From Spirochaetia bacterium (GTDB lineage Bacteria; Spirochaetota; Spirochaetia; DSM-2461): a stretch of DNA of 64,000 nucleotides. Below are positions 49,962 to 60,550 of this stretch, in pieces. The position numbers were made by a program, and so were the translations under genes. The notes beneath the pieces are model-generated. The model saw only the letters and a program-made list of their open reading frames with translations. It had not been told where the DNA came from and did not search any database. The stretch is taken from assembly GCA_963666985.2 (NCBI GenBank), contig CAXXIA010000003.1:64001-128000 (forward strand), written 5' to 3'. Position 1 is the stretch's first letter. Each line of letters starts with the position of its first letter.

Positions 49962-50017
49962 TTTTTTTTAAGCCATAAGCTTCTCCAGACATTACACTTT
50001 AAATTGGAGGACTCTTC

Positions 50018-51184
50018 ATGAGCAAAAAAAAATGCAGTCCCGAAACCAATATTATGAAAGCGCTCATGCTGGAAAACGATCTTCGAAGCCAGGAAATTGA
50101 AGCGAAACAAATCTTCGATGTTATTATGATGTTCCAGAAGCAATACGCAAAATTCACGTCCAAAATACAGCAGCAGATTGATACGGCCTTCAACGATCTG
50201 AAAATTATCAGTGGCGGAGCTTCCGATGTAACCGGTTTGGCGAACATCTCTTCCAAGAAAATCAAAGAGGCCATTGAAGGCCTTTCATCCCAAGCCGAAA
50301 CACCAAATCGGGATACGGACGACATCAGTAAAATTCTTCAATCGGTTCATGATGACATTAACGGCATCTCGGAAAAAGTCGGCAGGCAGGCCATGGAAAT
50401 TTCATCGCTCCTCAGTTTCCTGGATATTATCCACATAACCGGTGAAAAAGCCGTGGGCCGTCTTCCTTATGTGGAATCCTCCGTTCGTAAATACAATGAG
50501 ATCAATAAACAAACCCTCAGAAATCTCACGGCTCTCGCGAATTTTCTTTCACAGGAGAAGAATATAAAAACAGTCGGCGACAAGGCCTTACTTATGGGGC
50601 ATGATATCGCGTATCCGCCATGGGCGCACATCGAAAAAGGAGTTTCGGCGGGAATAGGCATTGAACACGCTCATCAAATGGGGAAATCCTTGGAAAGAAA
50701 GCAAATCTTCATCGCCGACCAATGGTCCAAAGTCTATCCCAAGCTTATCGGCGGAGAAGTCGACGTACTGATCAGCGTCGGCTGGCCGAACCGCATTTTC
50801 AATAAAGAACCTGTTATCGCTTCCAAACCCTACGATCAATTCCGCGCCCGATTGTTTACCATAGACGGCGTTCCGACCACGCCCAAAGATCTCAGAGGGA
50901 AAAAAGTCGGCGTTCAGAAAGGATCGTTTTCCGAAAGTCTATCCGTATACTTCGGGTTGGAGCGTGTGGTATTCGAAAATGATATCTGCGGCATGGTCCA
51001 GCTTCTTTGGGGAAACCTCGGCGCGGTACTGGTGGAAGAAAAGGTCGGCACGTATCTCTCGGAAGCCTTTTTCATGGGGAAAATTAAATCGGCTTCGGAC
51101 GTGCTCGAATCCCTGGATGTCGTCTATCTCTTCAGGGAAGACTCCGCCGAACTCATGGAACATTTCAACAGCTTCATCGAATAA
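50018..51184 (+). CDS. Coiled-coil (MCP-like) N-terminus fused to a family-3 solute-binding domain
   Basis: Heptad-rich N-terminal ~200 aa; C-terminal HDIAYPPW...G...G..I, W......L..GEVD, DLRGKKVGVQKGS; no signal peptide or TM helix. Confidence 0.7.
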   Translation: MSKKKCSPETNIMKALMLENDLRSQEIEAKQIFDVIMMFQKQYAKFTSKIQQQIDTAFNDLKIISGGASDVTGLANISSKKIKEAIEGLSSQAETPNRDTDDISKILQSVHDDINGISEKVGRQAMEISSLLSFLDIIHITGEKAVGRLPYVESSVRKYNEINKQTLRNLTALANFLSQEKNIKTVGDKALLMGHDIAYPPWAHIEKGVSAGIGIEHAHQMGKSLERKQIFIADQWSKVYPKLIGGEVDVLISVGWPNRIFNKEPVIASKPYDQFRARLFTIDGVPTTPKDLRGKKVGVQKGSFSESLSVYFGLERVVFENDICGMVQLLWGNLGAVLVEEKVGTYLSEAFFMGKIKSASDVLESLDVVYLFREDSAELMEHFNSFIE

Positions 51185-51214
51185 AAAACGAATCAGGAAA
51201 TCCGGATGCCGATG

Positions 51215-51664
51215 CTACTCTTCGGGAAGAATCTTCTCCATGGCGTGCCAGGCCAAGGCGGCGCATTTAATCCTCAAAGGGAATTGAGACACACCGCCGA
51301 GCAGGGCCAAATCCCCCCATTTTTCCAGACATTCAGGGTCTTTTTCTCCCCGTAGAACCGAAAGAAACACGGAGATAAAACTCCGGGCTTCCCGTACCGT
51401 CATGCCGACAAGGCGTTCACTCATCATCGAAGCCGATGCCGTGCTGACGGCGCATCCGTAGCCGTCGAAACGAACCTCGGCGATCAGGCCGTCATCGTCC
51501 ATGCAAACCTCAAGTTTTACGGTATCGCCGCAGGAAGGATTTTCAAATACGGCATCATCGGCAAGATGCGACAGATCGGCTTTATTTCGAGGATGTTTGT
51601 AATGATCGAGGATAATCTCCCGGTAGAGTTCATCAAAGGGGTTTGCCGTATCGGTGCCGTCCAT
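51215..51664 (-). CDS. sufU: SufU Fe-S scaffold/sulfur transfer protein
   Basis: LYREIILDHYKHPRN, NPSCGD, GCAVS.ASAS, P.RIKCA.LAW. Confidence 0.95.
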   Translation of the reverse strand: MDGTDTANPFDELYREIILDHYKHPRNKADLSHLADDAVFENPSCGDTVKLEVCMDDDGLIAEVRFDGYGCAVSTASASMMSERLVGMTVREARSFISVFLSVLRGEKDPECLEKWGDLALLGGVSQFPLRIKCAALAWHAMEKILPEE

Positions 51665-51673
51665 CGTATGTTC

Positions 51674-53110
51674 CTAAAATCCTCCGAAGTATTTTCGAGC
51701 GCCGATAACGGCATCAATCAGCCTGTCGATATCGCCGAGGGTGTTGTACGGCGCCAGAGAGGCCCGGGCCGTCGAGGGAATACCCATCAGACGCATGGCC
51801 GGCTGGGCGCAATGATGTCCGGAACGAACGGCGACATTTTCCCGACTCAGATACTGTGCCGCATCATGACTGTGAATACCTTCCAAGTTGAAGGAATAAA
51901 CCGCGCGGCGTTCGTCGGGATGTTCCGGGCCGTAGAGAGTCAGTCCGTCCACGGCTTCCAGTTTCTTTTGCATGGAAAGTTCAAGATAACGTTCCCGCTT
52001 TTCCAGAGCCTCAATGCCTTTGCCCATCATCCACTCAAGAGCGGCCGCCAATCCCACGGCCGCTTCGACATTCGGGGTACCGGCTTCGAATTTATAGGGA
52101 AGTTCGTTCCATGTGGTTTTCTCCGGCTTCACAACGGAAATCATTTCCCCGCCGCTCTGCCAGGGCGGCATTTTCTCCAGCCACTCTTCCCGTCCCCAAA
52201 GGGCGCCGGAACCCATGGGACCATAGACCTTATGACCGCTGAAAACCACAAAATCCGCACCGATCTTCCTCACGTCGATGGGCAAATGAGGTACGGATTG
52301 GGCCGCATCCAGAACCAGCGGTATGTTTCTCTCCCGGCACCATTGGGAAAGAATACGCACCGGATTAACCGTTCCGAAGGCATTCGAGACATGGGCCAAA
52401 GCGGCGATTTTCACGCGATCGGCCCGGCCGTCCGAAGCGATCGCTTCAAGAAAATTCATATCAAGTGTTCCGTCGGACAGGCCGGGAAGAAGCAAAAGCT
52501 CGGCGCCCTTTCGAAGGGCCGCCTGCTGCCAGGGAACGAAGTTGGAATGATGTTCCAGTGAACCGATCAGAACGATATCACCTTCTCCAAGGAGAAGCTC
52601 CGAAAGAGACCATGCCAGAAAATTCAGTCCCTCGGTGGCTCCCCTCGTAAAAATAATCTCCCGGGGCGAGGAGGCGCCGAGAAACGTCTCCACGGTTCGC
52701 CTTGCGTTTTCATACGCCAGGGTGGAACGTTCGGCCAAAGCGTATAGAGAACGGTGGACGTTGGCATTGCTTTCCCGGTAATAGCGTTCGACGGCATCCA
52801 GAACGGCCGCGGGTTTCTGAGTGGTGGCGGCGTTGTCCAAATAGACCAGATTCGGATTCGCCGCAAGAAGCGGAAATTCATCTTTGAGAGAATCGTTGAG
52901 GCGGATGGAACGCCCTTCGGCCGACTCGTCGGTTTCGACCGCTGAAACGCCGATTCCGCCGGGAACGGACGCACCCTGGCGAACGGACGCGGCGCGGCCG
53001 GCTTGGATAGGCGGCGAGGATTTGTCTTTGCCGAACCTTCCCAAAAAAGCATCGCCGATTCGCTCGTCCGGAATCATTCCATCTTTTGTATTACTGCCGT
53101 TCATCGTCAC
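51674..53110 (-). CDS. sufS: Cysteine desulfurase SufS with a ~65-aa N-terminal extension
   Basis: YLDNAATTQKP, EHHSN, DAAQS, FSGHK, EAGTP, RSGHHCAQP. Confidence 0.95.
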   Translation of the reverse strand: MTMNGSNTKDGMIPDERIGDAFLGRFGKDKSSPPIQAGRAASVRQGASVPGGIGVSAVETDESAEGRSIRLNDSLKDEFPLLAANPNLVYLDNAATTQKPAAVLDAVERYYRESNANVHRSLYALAERSTLAYENARRTVETFLGASSPREIIFTRGATEGLNFLAWSLSELLLGEGDIVLIGSLEHHSNFVPWQQAALRKGAELLLLPGLSDGTLDMNFLEAIASDGRADRVKIAALAHVSNAFGTVNPVRILSQWCRERNIPLVLDAAQSVPHLPIDVRKIGADFVVFSGHKVYGPMGSGALWGREEWLEKMPPWQSGGEMISVVKPEKTTWNELPYKFEAGTPNVEAAVGLAAALEWMMGKGIEALEKRERYLELSMQKKLEAVDGLTLYGPEHPDERRAVYSFNLEGIHSHDAAQYLSRENVAVRSGHHCAQPAMRLMGIPSTARASLAPYNTLGDIDRLIDAVIGARKYFGGF

Positions 53111-53119
53111 AATTCATTT

Positions 53120-54478
53120 TCACCCAACCGCAAGCGCCGCGTCCAGGTCTCCCGAGAGAATCTCCGCAACCTCTTCGGGAAGACCTTCAAGAGCTCCGCA
53201 AAGAAATCCCCGAATCAGTTCCCCGCGGGCCTCCTCGGGCGAGAACCCGCGGCTCTGCAGATAGAAGGTTTGGAGCGGATCGATTTTTCCGGAAGTGGAA
53301 CCGTGACTGCACTTCACATCGTCGGTAAGAATATCCAATTGCGGCAGAGAATCAGCGCGAGCTCCGTCGCCCAATAACAAGTTGTTGTTCGTCAGATACG
53401 CATCGGTTCCGGACGCATTGGGATCGACAACGATCAATCCCTGAAACACGCTTCTTGCGCCGGGGCTGACCGCGCCTTTGTAAAGCGCATTGGAAAAAGC
53501 TTTGGGAGCTCTATGCTCCTGGCGGGTTCCGATGTCCATATGCCGCCCAAAAGAGGCGACAAGGAGTCCGTTGAGAAGGGCCTCGGAACCCGGACCGTTC
53601 AAAACGGTCCGAACGCGGCTTTTCACCAGAGCTCCGCCGAAATGGGCTTCGTGAAAACGAAGGCGGGCATCACGAGCGGCCGAGAGCCTGTCATGAAGAA
53701 AGAAAACAACCCGATTACTCAATATCTGCCTGAGGATGATATTCACCGAAGAATCGGCGGCCGCTTCGGCGCTTAAGGCCGCGTTGATAATTGGAGTAAC
53801 GCTCTCGGGGAAATCCGGAGATCCTTCGAAAGACCAAAGCACCGAAAGAGAAGCGCTTTCTTCCGCTTCGATATGAAGATGAGGTAAGGAAATCAGAGGC
53901 TTGTTCTCATCCGGGAGAATAAGATGTTCTTCCACCAGTACGGGTTCGGTGATTTGAGAACCGCGGGAAACGCGGAGTACAAGAGATCCGGAAAGATCGC
54001 GCCAATGCCAAGCCGTAATCCTTTCCCGGGAGGAACGAAGTTCATCGGCTCCCATCCGTATAAGGCTCTCCGGGAAGTCCCCGGAATCGGCCCATTCAAC
54101 GGCCAGACCGGCCTCCGCGGCCTTCGGCGAAAGTGTAATGGAAACAGGCCGTCCGGCTTCGGTTACGATATGAGCCGCATAGTTCTCAAGCGATAAGCGG
54201 CCCTCCGAGCTTCCGCCGGCCGATGCTGAAACGTGTTCGTCGGTTTCCGGTCCGCCGGATTCAGAATCGGAACAGTCATACAGCGAATTCCGCTGGACGC
54301 GGGAGATTTCGGCGGCGGCACGATCGGCCCAGGTGGCTTCGGCGCCTCTTTCCAGAATGCCGTGAGGAAGAAGCCGGGAGAGATCCGTCCGCCGCCACTC
54401 TTCATCATCGGGCCTTGGCCAGTTTAAATTTTCAAACAACACCGAAGCTTCGGCCGTGAGGAGATTGTTAATTGCCAT
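53120..54478 (-). CDS. sufD: Fe-S assembly protein SufD
   Basis: EEWRRTDL, SVFQG.I.V, A...P.L.I..DDVKCSHG, FYLQSRG. Confidence 0.92.
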   Translation of the reverse strand: MAINNLLTAEASVLFENLNWPRPDDEEWRRTDLSRLLPHGILERGAEATWADRAAAEISRVQRNSLYDCSDSESGGPETDEHVSASAGGSSEGRLSLENYAAHIVTEAGRPVSITLSPKAAEAGLAVEWADSGDFPESLIRMGADELRSSRERITAWHWRDLSGSLVLRVSRGSQITEPVLVEEHLILPDENKPLISLPHLHIEAEESASLSVLWSFEGSPDFPESVTPIINAALSAEAAADSSVNIILRQILSNRVVFFLHDRLSAARDARLRFHEAHFGGALVKSRVRTVLNGPGSEALLNGLLVASFGRHMDIGTRQEHRAPKAFSNALYKGAVSPGARSVFQGLIVVDPNASGTDAYLTNNNLLLGDGARADSLPQLDILTDDVKCSHGSTSGKIDPLQTFYLQSRGFSPEEARGELIRGFLCGALEGLPEEVAEILSGDLDAALAVG

Positions 54479-55885
54479 TTATCCCACACTTCCTTCCATT
54501 TCAAGTTCAATGAGCCTATTGAGTTCCACGGCATATTCCATGGGCAGCTGCTTGACCAAAGGTTCGAGAAAACCATTGACGATCATCATCGATGCCTCTT
54601 CTTCACTGAGGCCCCGGGCCATCAGATAGAACAGCTGATCCTCGCTGATTCTGCTCACGAGAGCCTCATGCTCCATGGAGACATCTTCCGATTCTATTTC
54701 CATATAGGGAAATGTTCTGGTTATTGAAGTCTCATCCAAAAGCAGGGCATCGCAGATAACATGGCTCTTTACGTTCTTTAATCCCTCCGCCACTTTAACA
54801 AGACCTCGATAGGAGGCGATCCCGCCGTCCTTGCTGATGGATTTGCTGGTAATGACGCTGGACGTGTTCGAAGCTTTATGAACGGCTTTTCCTCCGGTAT
54901 CCTGTTCCTGCCCTCTTCCGCCGAACGCGATGGAAAGAATTTCGCCGTGAGCTCCTTCGCCCGTTAAATAGACCGCCGGGTACTTCATCGTCCGTTTGGA
55001 CCCGATGTTGCCGTCCACCCATTCCACCGCGGCGTTTTTTTTCACAAGGGCCCGCTGGGTTACCAAGTTGTACACATTCCCGGACCAATTTTGTATGGTC
55101 GTATAGCGAACCCGCGCGCCTTCTTCCGCGATGATTTCAACAACGGCGCTGTGCAGTAAATCGGTGGTATAGATTGGAGCGGTGCAGCCTTCAATGTAAT
55201 GAACGAAGCTGTTTTTATCGGCGATTATCAGGGTTCTCTCGAACTGGCCGAGATTCTCCGAATTGATGCGGAAATAGGATTGAAGAGGAATCTCGACTTT
55301 CACATTCGGCGGTATATAAAGAAACGTTCCGCCGGACCATGCCGCCGAGTTCAATGCGGAAAATTTGTTGTCGTTATAGGGAACGACTTTGCCGAAATAC
55401 TTTCGAACAAGATCCGGATGCCTGGCCACGGCCTCTTCCGGAGGCAGAAAGATAACGCCTTGTTCTTCCAAACCCGCCTTAATGGAATGGTACACCACTT
55501 CCGAATCGTATTGAGCTCCCATCCCCGCCAGAAATTTCCGTTCGGCTTCGGGAAGTCCCAGCTTGTCGTAAGTGTTCAGGATGTCTTCGGGAAGATCTTC
55601 CCAATTCGCCACTCCCTCATCAATCGGCTTGATATAGTAATACACATCATCGAAATCGAAATCTCCAATCTCGGCGCCCCAATTCGGCATGGGCTTTCGC
55701 CGAAAGGCACGCAAAGCCCGAAGACGGTATTCCAGCATCCATTCCGGTTCGTTTTTATGGGCGCTGATGGTCCGAATGATTTTTTCATTCAAGCCTTTCT
55801 CCGGTTTAAACACGGAAATTTCCGGATCGGAGAATCCGAATTGATAATCCGAGAGTCCGGAAACCGGCGCTTGAGTATCGATCAT
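54479..55885 (-). CDS. sufB: Fe-S assembly protein SufB
   Basis: AQYDSEVVY, GQFERTLII, EGCTAP, LHSAVVE, TMKYP, FYLM.RGL, EMEGSVG. Confidence 0.97.
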   Translation of the reverse strand: MIDTQAPVSGLSDYQFGFSDPEISVFKPEKGLNEKIIRTISAHKNEPEWMLEYRLRALRAFRRKPMPNWGAEIGDFDFDDVYYYIKPIDEGVANWEDLPEDILNTYDKLGLPEAERKFLAGMGAQYDSEVVYHSIKAGLEEQGVIFLPPEEAVARHPDLVRKYFGKVVPYNDNKFSALNSAAWSGGTFLYIPPNVKVEIPLQSYFRINSENLGQFERTLIIADKNSFVHYIEGCTAPIYTTDLLHSAVVEIIAEEGARVRYTTIQNWSGNVYNLVTQRALVKKNAAVEWVDGNIGSKRTMKYPAVYLTGEGAHGEILSIAFGGRGQEQDTGGKAVHKASNTSSVITSKSISKDGGIASYRGLVKVAEGLKNVKSHVICDALLLDETSITRTFPYMEIESEDVSMEHEALVSRISEDQLFYLMARGLSEEEASMMIVNGFLEPLVKQLPMEYAVELNRLIELEMEGSVG

Positions 55886-56724
55886 GATGCGGCCTCCCGA
55901 TGATTCGATGCGGAGCTCCTTTTTTCCGCGCCCGCTCCGCTCGTGTCCGAACCGAAACCGCCGGCCTCATCATCGTCCGGCAGCAAGGTTTCCTTCACCC
56001 AGTCGTATCCTTTGGCTTCCAGTTCACGGGCCACGTCGCTTCCTCCCGAAAGAACAATGCGGCCGTTCACCATAACATGGACTTTATCGGGCTTAACATA
56101 ATTAAGAATGCGCTGATAATGCGTAATCACCAATCCGGCGAATCCCCTGCCGCGCAGTTTGTTTATTCCATTGGAAACCACCTGGAGGGCATCGATATCC
56201 AATCCGGAGTCGGTTTCATCCAGCACGGCAAAATCCGGTTTAAGCATCATCATCTGCAGGATTTCCATGCGCTTCTTCTCGCCTCCGGAAAAACCTTCGT
56301 TTAAATATCGATTAATGAATTTCCTATCGATATGCATGAAATCCATGGCGGAACCAAGCTCTTTGACATAGGAGCTCAGATTAAAGATTTCCTCTTCGCC
56401 GCGGCGAAGCTCCACGGCCCGTTTAAGGAATTTGCTTATCGTAATCCCCGGAACCTCCACGGGATATTGGAATGCCAGAAACAGCCCGGTTCGAGCACGT
56501 TCATGCGCCTCCAATTCCAAAAGATCCGTATCGCCCAGAAAAGCCGATCCGCCTGTTACTTCATACTGCGGGTATCCGGCCAGAACATTGGCCAGGGTAC
56601 TCTTGCCCGAGCCGTTCGGCCCCATCAGGGCATGGATTTCGCCATCGGGTATTTCCAAAGAAACACCCTTTAATATCTGCCGATCCGGCAATCCGGCTCT
56701 CAAATCTTTAATCGTAAGATTCAT
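55882..56724 (-). CDS. sufC: Fe-S assembly ATPase SufC
   Basis: GPNGSGKST, FQYPVE.PG, NEGFSGGEKKR, LDETDSGLDIDAL, ITHYQR. Confidence 0.97.
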   Translation of the reverse strand: MNLTIKDLRAGLPDRQILKGVSLEIPDGEIHALMGPNGSGKSTLANVLAGYPQYEVTGGSAFLGDTDLLELEAHERARTGLFLAFQYPVEVPGITISKFLKRAVELRRGEEEIFNLSSYVKELGSAMDFMHIDRKFINRYLNEGFSGGEKKRMEILQMMMLKPDFAVLDETDSGLDIDALQVVSNGINKLRGRGFAGLVITHYQRILNYVKPDKVHVMVNGRIVLSGGSDVARELEAKGYDWVKETLLPDDDEAGGFGSDTSGAGAEKRSSASNHREAAS

Positions 56725-56810
56725 TATCTTGATTCTCCTTCCCGTTCTTCACAGGCTCCCTCGGCAGCGTGTAATTCAAGATATCCACGAAAGCCCGTCA
56801 TCTTGACTTA

Positions 56811-57293
56811 TCACCGTTTCATTCCGCCGCGTACTTGAGGATGGAGTTCACTCGAACGGCGGTCCTTTTCGTCCATACCTTCCGGGTCGGTACGGAAGAA
56901 CTCATCCAAAGTCGTCTTCTCAACGAAACACATCCATTGTGCCTGAAACATGCGAACGGCCGGTTTGATAATGCAGCCGGACTCTTCCCGGACACAGATG
57001 CCTTCCTCGGAGAGGCAGTCGGCAATGCATTCTTTCCCCCGAACGGCTCTGAGAACGGTTCCCAACGAAATCTCTTCGGGAGTCCGGGCCAGTTTGTAGC
57101 CGCCTTTGGGGCCCATCACCGCATGCACCACTCCGCCGGAACTGAGCTGTTGAAGGATGCGGGCCAGCAGTTTATACGGAAGGGAATAACGGTCCGACAG
57201 CTCCCTGGCCGAAATCAGGCTCTCTTGAGAAAAACGTCCCATGCCGACCAGGGCGATCAGCGCGTATTCCATGTCTTTGCCGAATCGAAACAT
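56811..57293 (-). CDS. Rrf2 family (IscR-like) regulator
   Basis: YAL.AL, L..ILQ.L, GPKGGYKLA, three Cys (DCL...ICVR...GCII). Confidence 0.9.
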   Translation of the reverse strand: MFRFGKDMEYALIALVGMGRFSQESLISARELSDRYSLPYKLLARILQQLSSGGVVHAVMGPKGGYKLARTPEEISLGTVLRAVRGKECIADCLSEEGICVREESGCIIKPAVRMFQAQWMCFVEKTTLDEFFRTDPEGMDEKDRRSSELHPQVRGGMKR

Positions 57294-57300
57294 CGAACCT

Positions 57301-57331
57301 GCCTAGTACTACTCATTTTGTAGTACTAGGC
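57301..57331. promoter_or_regulatory. Perfect 12-7-12 inverted repeat upstream of rrf2-suf, putative Rrf2 operator
   Basis: GCCTAGTACTAC-tcatttt-GTAGTACTAGGC 7 bp before the ATG; a TTGACT -35-like hexamer lies at 57352-57357 on the minus strand. Confidence 0.65.
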
Positions 57332-57444
57332 TATCTATTAGGATAAACTAAGTCAATATTTATTTACTATTTTGTAATATTTATGTGTCGAGAAAACCGT
57401 CCGCATCGAATGGAACTCGGAGAAATCCCGAAACAGGCCTGGAA

Positions 57445-59268
57445 TCAAGTTTTAAAGAGTTCGACTCGCCGATTCAGCTTAACGGCGACATCCGAAAGCT
57501 TGGCCGTACAAAGACTGAGACGCTCCTGCGAATTGACGGCATCTTCGGTTTTTCCGGTGATATCCGCGCCGGCTTCAGTGGCCATGTTCGATGCGGTTTC
57601 CAGCCGGCCTATAACGTCTCCGACACCTTCGGTTTCCTTTTTCATGAGTCCCGCGTCTTCGCGAAGACCCAAGGAATGAGTTCTGAGTTCATTCATGGAA
57701 GACATCACCTGACCGGCGCCGGCGCCGAGTTCCGCGACTCCGGTTTCGATTTCCTTCAGCGAATCGACGAGTTTGCGCACCTCGAGATTCATGGAGTCGA
57801 AAATCTCGGCCGTATCGCCGCCGAGTTCCGACGAATTCTCTATGGAATCGACAATTCCGGATACGGCATCGTTGATGCGTCGGGAATTCTCGCTCGTATT
57901 CTCGGCGAGTTTTTTGATTTCATCGGCCACGACGGCAAATCCGCGTCCGGCCTCTCCTGCATGCGCCGCTTCGATGGCGGCGTTCATCGCAAGAAGATTG
58001 GTCTGTCCGGCAATGGCTTTTATCAACTCCGTAATCTCCATGATTAAGTTGATTCCCTTGTGAATGCGCTCCACGGCTGTGAGCGTCAGATTCAGATTTT
58101 CACTTCCCCGAACAGCGTAATCCGCGAGATGCTCGGCGGCGGCCAATCGCTGTTTCGCTACGGTATTGATGGTACCCACGGACGCTGTGATCTGGTTCAG
58201 AGCCGCCGTAGACTGTTCCGACATCACCGCCTGTTCGTCGATATGCGACACGACCGATCCGATGTTCTCCGTCAGCGCCTCCAACAGACTTCGAGCCTGT
58301 TCGACTTCCCGCCCCATGGTCATCATGCTCGCATCAACGTCTTTCGCTCCCCCGCTGATTCCGCTGATGACGCGCCGGGTATCCAGGGAGGCCGTCGAAA
58401 GCATTTCACCCGCCTCTCGGGCTTCGTCCACGGTGGACTTGAGCCCCTCGGCCAGATTGAACAGGTAGGAACGAGTTTTATTGCAGCTGTCGATGAGTTC
58501 GCCGAATTCATCCCGGCTCATCGTGGGAAGACGATTTCCCGTTAAATCCCCTTCGGCCAGTGCTCCGGTAAAATCCCTCACCGCCGACAAGCGGCCGTTG
58601 ATGCCCTTGGCAAGGAGAAAATTATCCATGAGAACGAAGAACAGAACAAAAACCGATCCCGCGGCGATAAGCCCGGCTCGAATTCCTTCGGTATGGGCGA
58701 AGGCGCCCATGATGACGATAACGAGAAGACCGATGGAACCGAGAGTCGTGAAGCCGGCGATAAGCAGGGCACGGGTTAGATACGGCATCGATCGATGAAC
58801 ATGGGAAAACGGAAGATCCCAAGAATACTGCTCGATTCTCTGCAAAAAATGGATATAGAAAAAAAGCGACGTTAGAAACGTGAACGACAGACAGAGAATC
58901 GCGAATCCCGGAGGAAGCCCCGGCTCCAAAAAGGAGGACACCCTCGGAAGAACAAGTCCGACGGCCAAGGAGAGCATGTTGGGTAAATAGATACTGATTT
59001 TTTGGTAAACGATAATGGCTTTCTGGGCGGGTTCCATATCCTCATCGGATCGAGTTTCAAGCCACCGATCGACTTTCCTGAGAAAAAGGAAAACCATAAC
59101 GAGGGTAGAAAGAACGCAGATTGCCGCAAAAACAAGAAAAACAGGATTCCCATAAAGATACAGAACCTCTCTCATGGAAGATCCCTTAAGAAAAACAACC
59201 GTCGGTACGGCAAGGAGAGGACCTATAATCGCCGTTAGAAAATTAAACACAATAATCTTGGATCGCAC
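57445..59268 (-). CDS. Methyl-accepting chemotaxis protein with multi-TM sensor
   Basis: About 6 N-terminal TM helices, HAMP (SRDEFGEL), [35 protein letters not shown]. Confidence 0.95.
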   Translation of the reverse strand: MRSKIIVFNFLTAIIGPLLAVPTVVFLKGSSMREVLYLYGNPVFLVFAAICVLSTLVMVFLFLRKVDRWLETRSDEDMEPAQKAIIVYQKISIYLPNMLSLAVGLVLPRVSSFLEPGLPPGFAILCLSFTFLTSLFFYIHFLQRIEQYSWDLPFSHVHRSMPYLTRALLIAGFTTLGSIGLLVIVIMGAFAHTEGIRAGLIAAGSVFVLFFVLMDNFLLAKGINGRLSAVRDFTGALAEGDLTGNRLPTMSRDEFGELIDSCNKTRSYLFNLAEGLKSTVDEAREAGEMLSTASLDTRRVISGISGGAKDVDASMMTMGREVEQARSLLEALTENIGSVVSHIDEQAVMSEQSTAALNQITASVGTINTVAKQRLAAAEHLADYAVRGSENLNLTLTAVERIHKGINLIMEITELIKAIAGQTNLLAMNAAIEAAHAGEAGRGFAVVADEIKKLAENTSENSRRINDAVSGIVDSIENSSELGGDTAEIFDSMNLEVRKLVDSLKEIETGVAELGAGAGQVMSSMNELRTHSLGLREDAGLMKKETEGVGDVIGRLETASNMATEAGADITGKTEDAVNSQERLSLCTAKLSDVAVKLNRRVELFKT

Positions 59269-59653
59269 GGGAAGTACCTCCGAAGATGCTTGAAAATGGA
59301 ATAACTCATCTTATCTTTTTCCTGTGGATTATCTTCGGAACTTCGGATAAAAGCCAGAAAAATCGACTTTGATGAGCGCGAGATTCTTCGGAATCGGTTC
59401 TTGCGGCCGACCAAAGGAGAAAAGCGGTTCGCCTTTTGGCCGGCATCGAAAGACGGCCGGGCACCTGATTGTGCCAGGGGCCTGTCTCCACTTAATTGTG
59501 TACTCACCCGCGATGGGGCGGCGGTTTTACCGAAACGTTTCCGTTCCGCTTCTTCCGCAATAAAAAGGCTCCGCCGTTTTTTATTCAAAACCGCGGTCTT
59601 TTTCCCTCCAGGGATCCGATTCGGTGTATTCTTGAGCACACGACTGATTTTTT

Positions 59654-60295
59654 ATGGAGGAACGAATCGTGCTGGATCATCCGGAATTAACCGATCAGGC
59701 CATGGCCATGCTGCGCAAAGGGGACAACTTCAATTGGATACTCATCCCCATGCTTGCCGCCGTGATGTACATTTATTTTACCGCCGTGGAACAGAAAAAA
59801 TGGAATCAGATCGCCGCCGGTCTGTCTCTGTACATGACCCACTGGTTCTTTGAAATACTGAATGCCCTTATTCAAAAATTCTCCGGTCATGCCTTGTGGA
59901 CCGTCCCCGCCGGAACGTCCTTTTTACTTCTGGTGGGCGTCGGAGCCGAGCTTTCCCTGATGTTCTCGGTTGCGGGCCTCCTTTTCAGCAAGATTCTTCC
60001 CGAAGATCCCAAGAAAAAGATTCTCGGTCTGCCCAACCGCCTGGTTATCGCGGTGGGAAACGCGGCCTTCTTTTCCGTTTTTGAGATTTTCCTGGCCCGC
60101 ACCCCGGCTTTTCATTGGGTTTATCCCTGGTGGGGAAGCCTGCCCGTGTTCATAACGGTCTACATTCCCTTCTTCGTTATTTCCATGTACTGCCATGATT
60201 GGCCGAGAAAGGTACAGAAACGATTCATCGGCACTTTGGCGGGAATCAACGCCTTAATGCTGATTGTTTTCGCCGGCATTCTGCACTGGATCTGA
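59654..60295 (+). CDS. Hypothetical membrane protein
   Basis: 213 aa with about 6 hydrophobic helices; start uncertain. Confidence 0.7.
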   Translation: MEERIVLDHPELTDQAMAMLRKGDNFNWILIPMLAAVMYIYFTAVEQKKWNQIAAGLSLYMTHWFFEILNALIQKFSGHALWTVPAGTSFLLLVGVGAELSLMFSVAGLLFSKILPEDPKKKILGLPNRLVIAVGNAAFFSVFEIFLARTPAFHWVYPWWGSLPVFITVYIPFFVISMYCHDWPRKVQKRFIGTLAGINALMLIVFAGILHWI

Positions 60296-60550
60296 TTGTT
60301 CCCGCTCTGAAGAAGCTTCGGCGCTTGGAAAAAAGCGCGGCCGAGTTATCCGGTCTGCGGTAAGCGAATGGTTCGCAGTAATCTGTTTCCCGGCGAATCT
60401 AAAAAAGCGGAGCCTGACGGCTCCGCCGATATCGAGAATCCCCAACCGGGAGTTATCCCGGAAGAGTCATCTTTTAAAGTTCCCCGAATCCGTGAACCGG
60501 AGTATCCGACCGGCTTCGGGGATCAACCCAAAGACGGCCCGAAAGAATGA

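Noticed and set aside
51566..52561. 331-aa plus-strand ORF and similar opposite-strand ORFs elsewhere
   Set aside because: Shadows of sufS and other motif-supported genes.
51674..53110. SufS N-terminal extension as an encapsulin cargo-loading domain
   Set aside because: No encapsulin gene nearby; the gene sits in a canonical suf operon.
59270..59653. Riboswitch in the long MCP/membrane-protein intergenic region
   Set aside because: Small hairpins are present, but I could not match purine, TPP, FMN, SAM, cobalamin or c-di-GMP consensus by eye; an Rfam scan would settle it.
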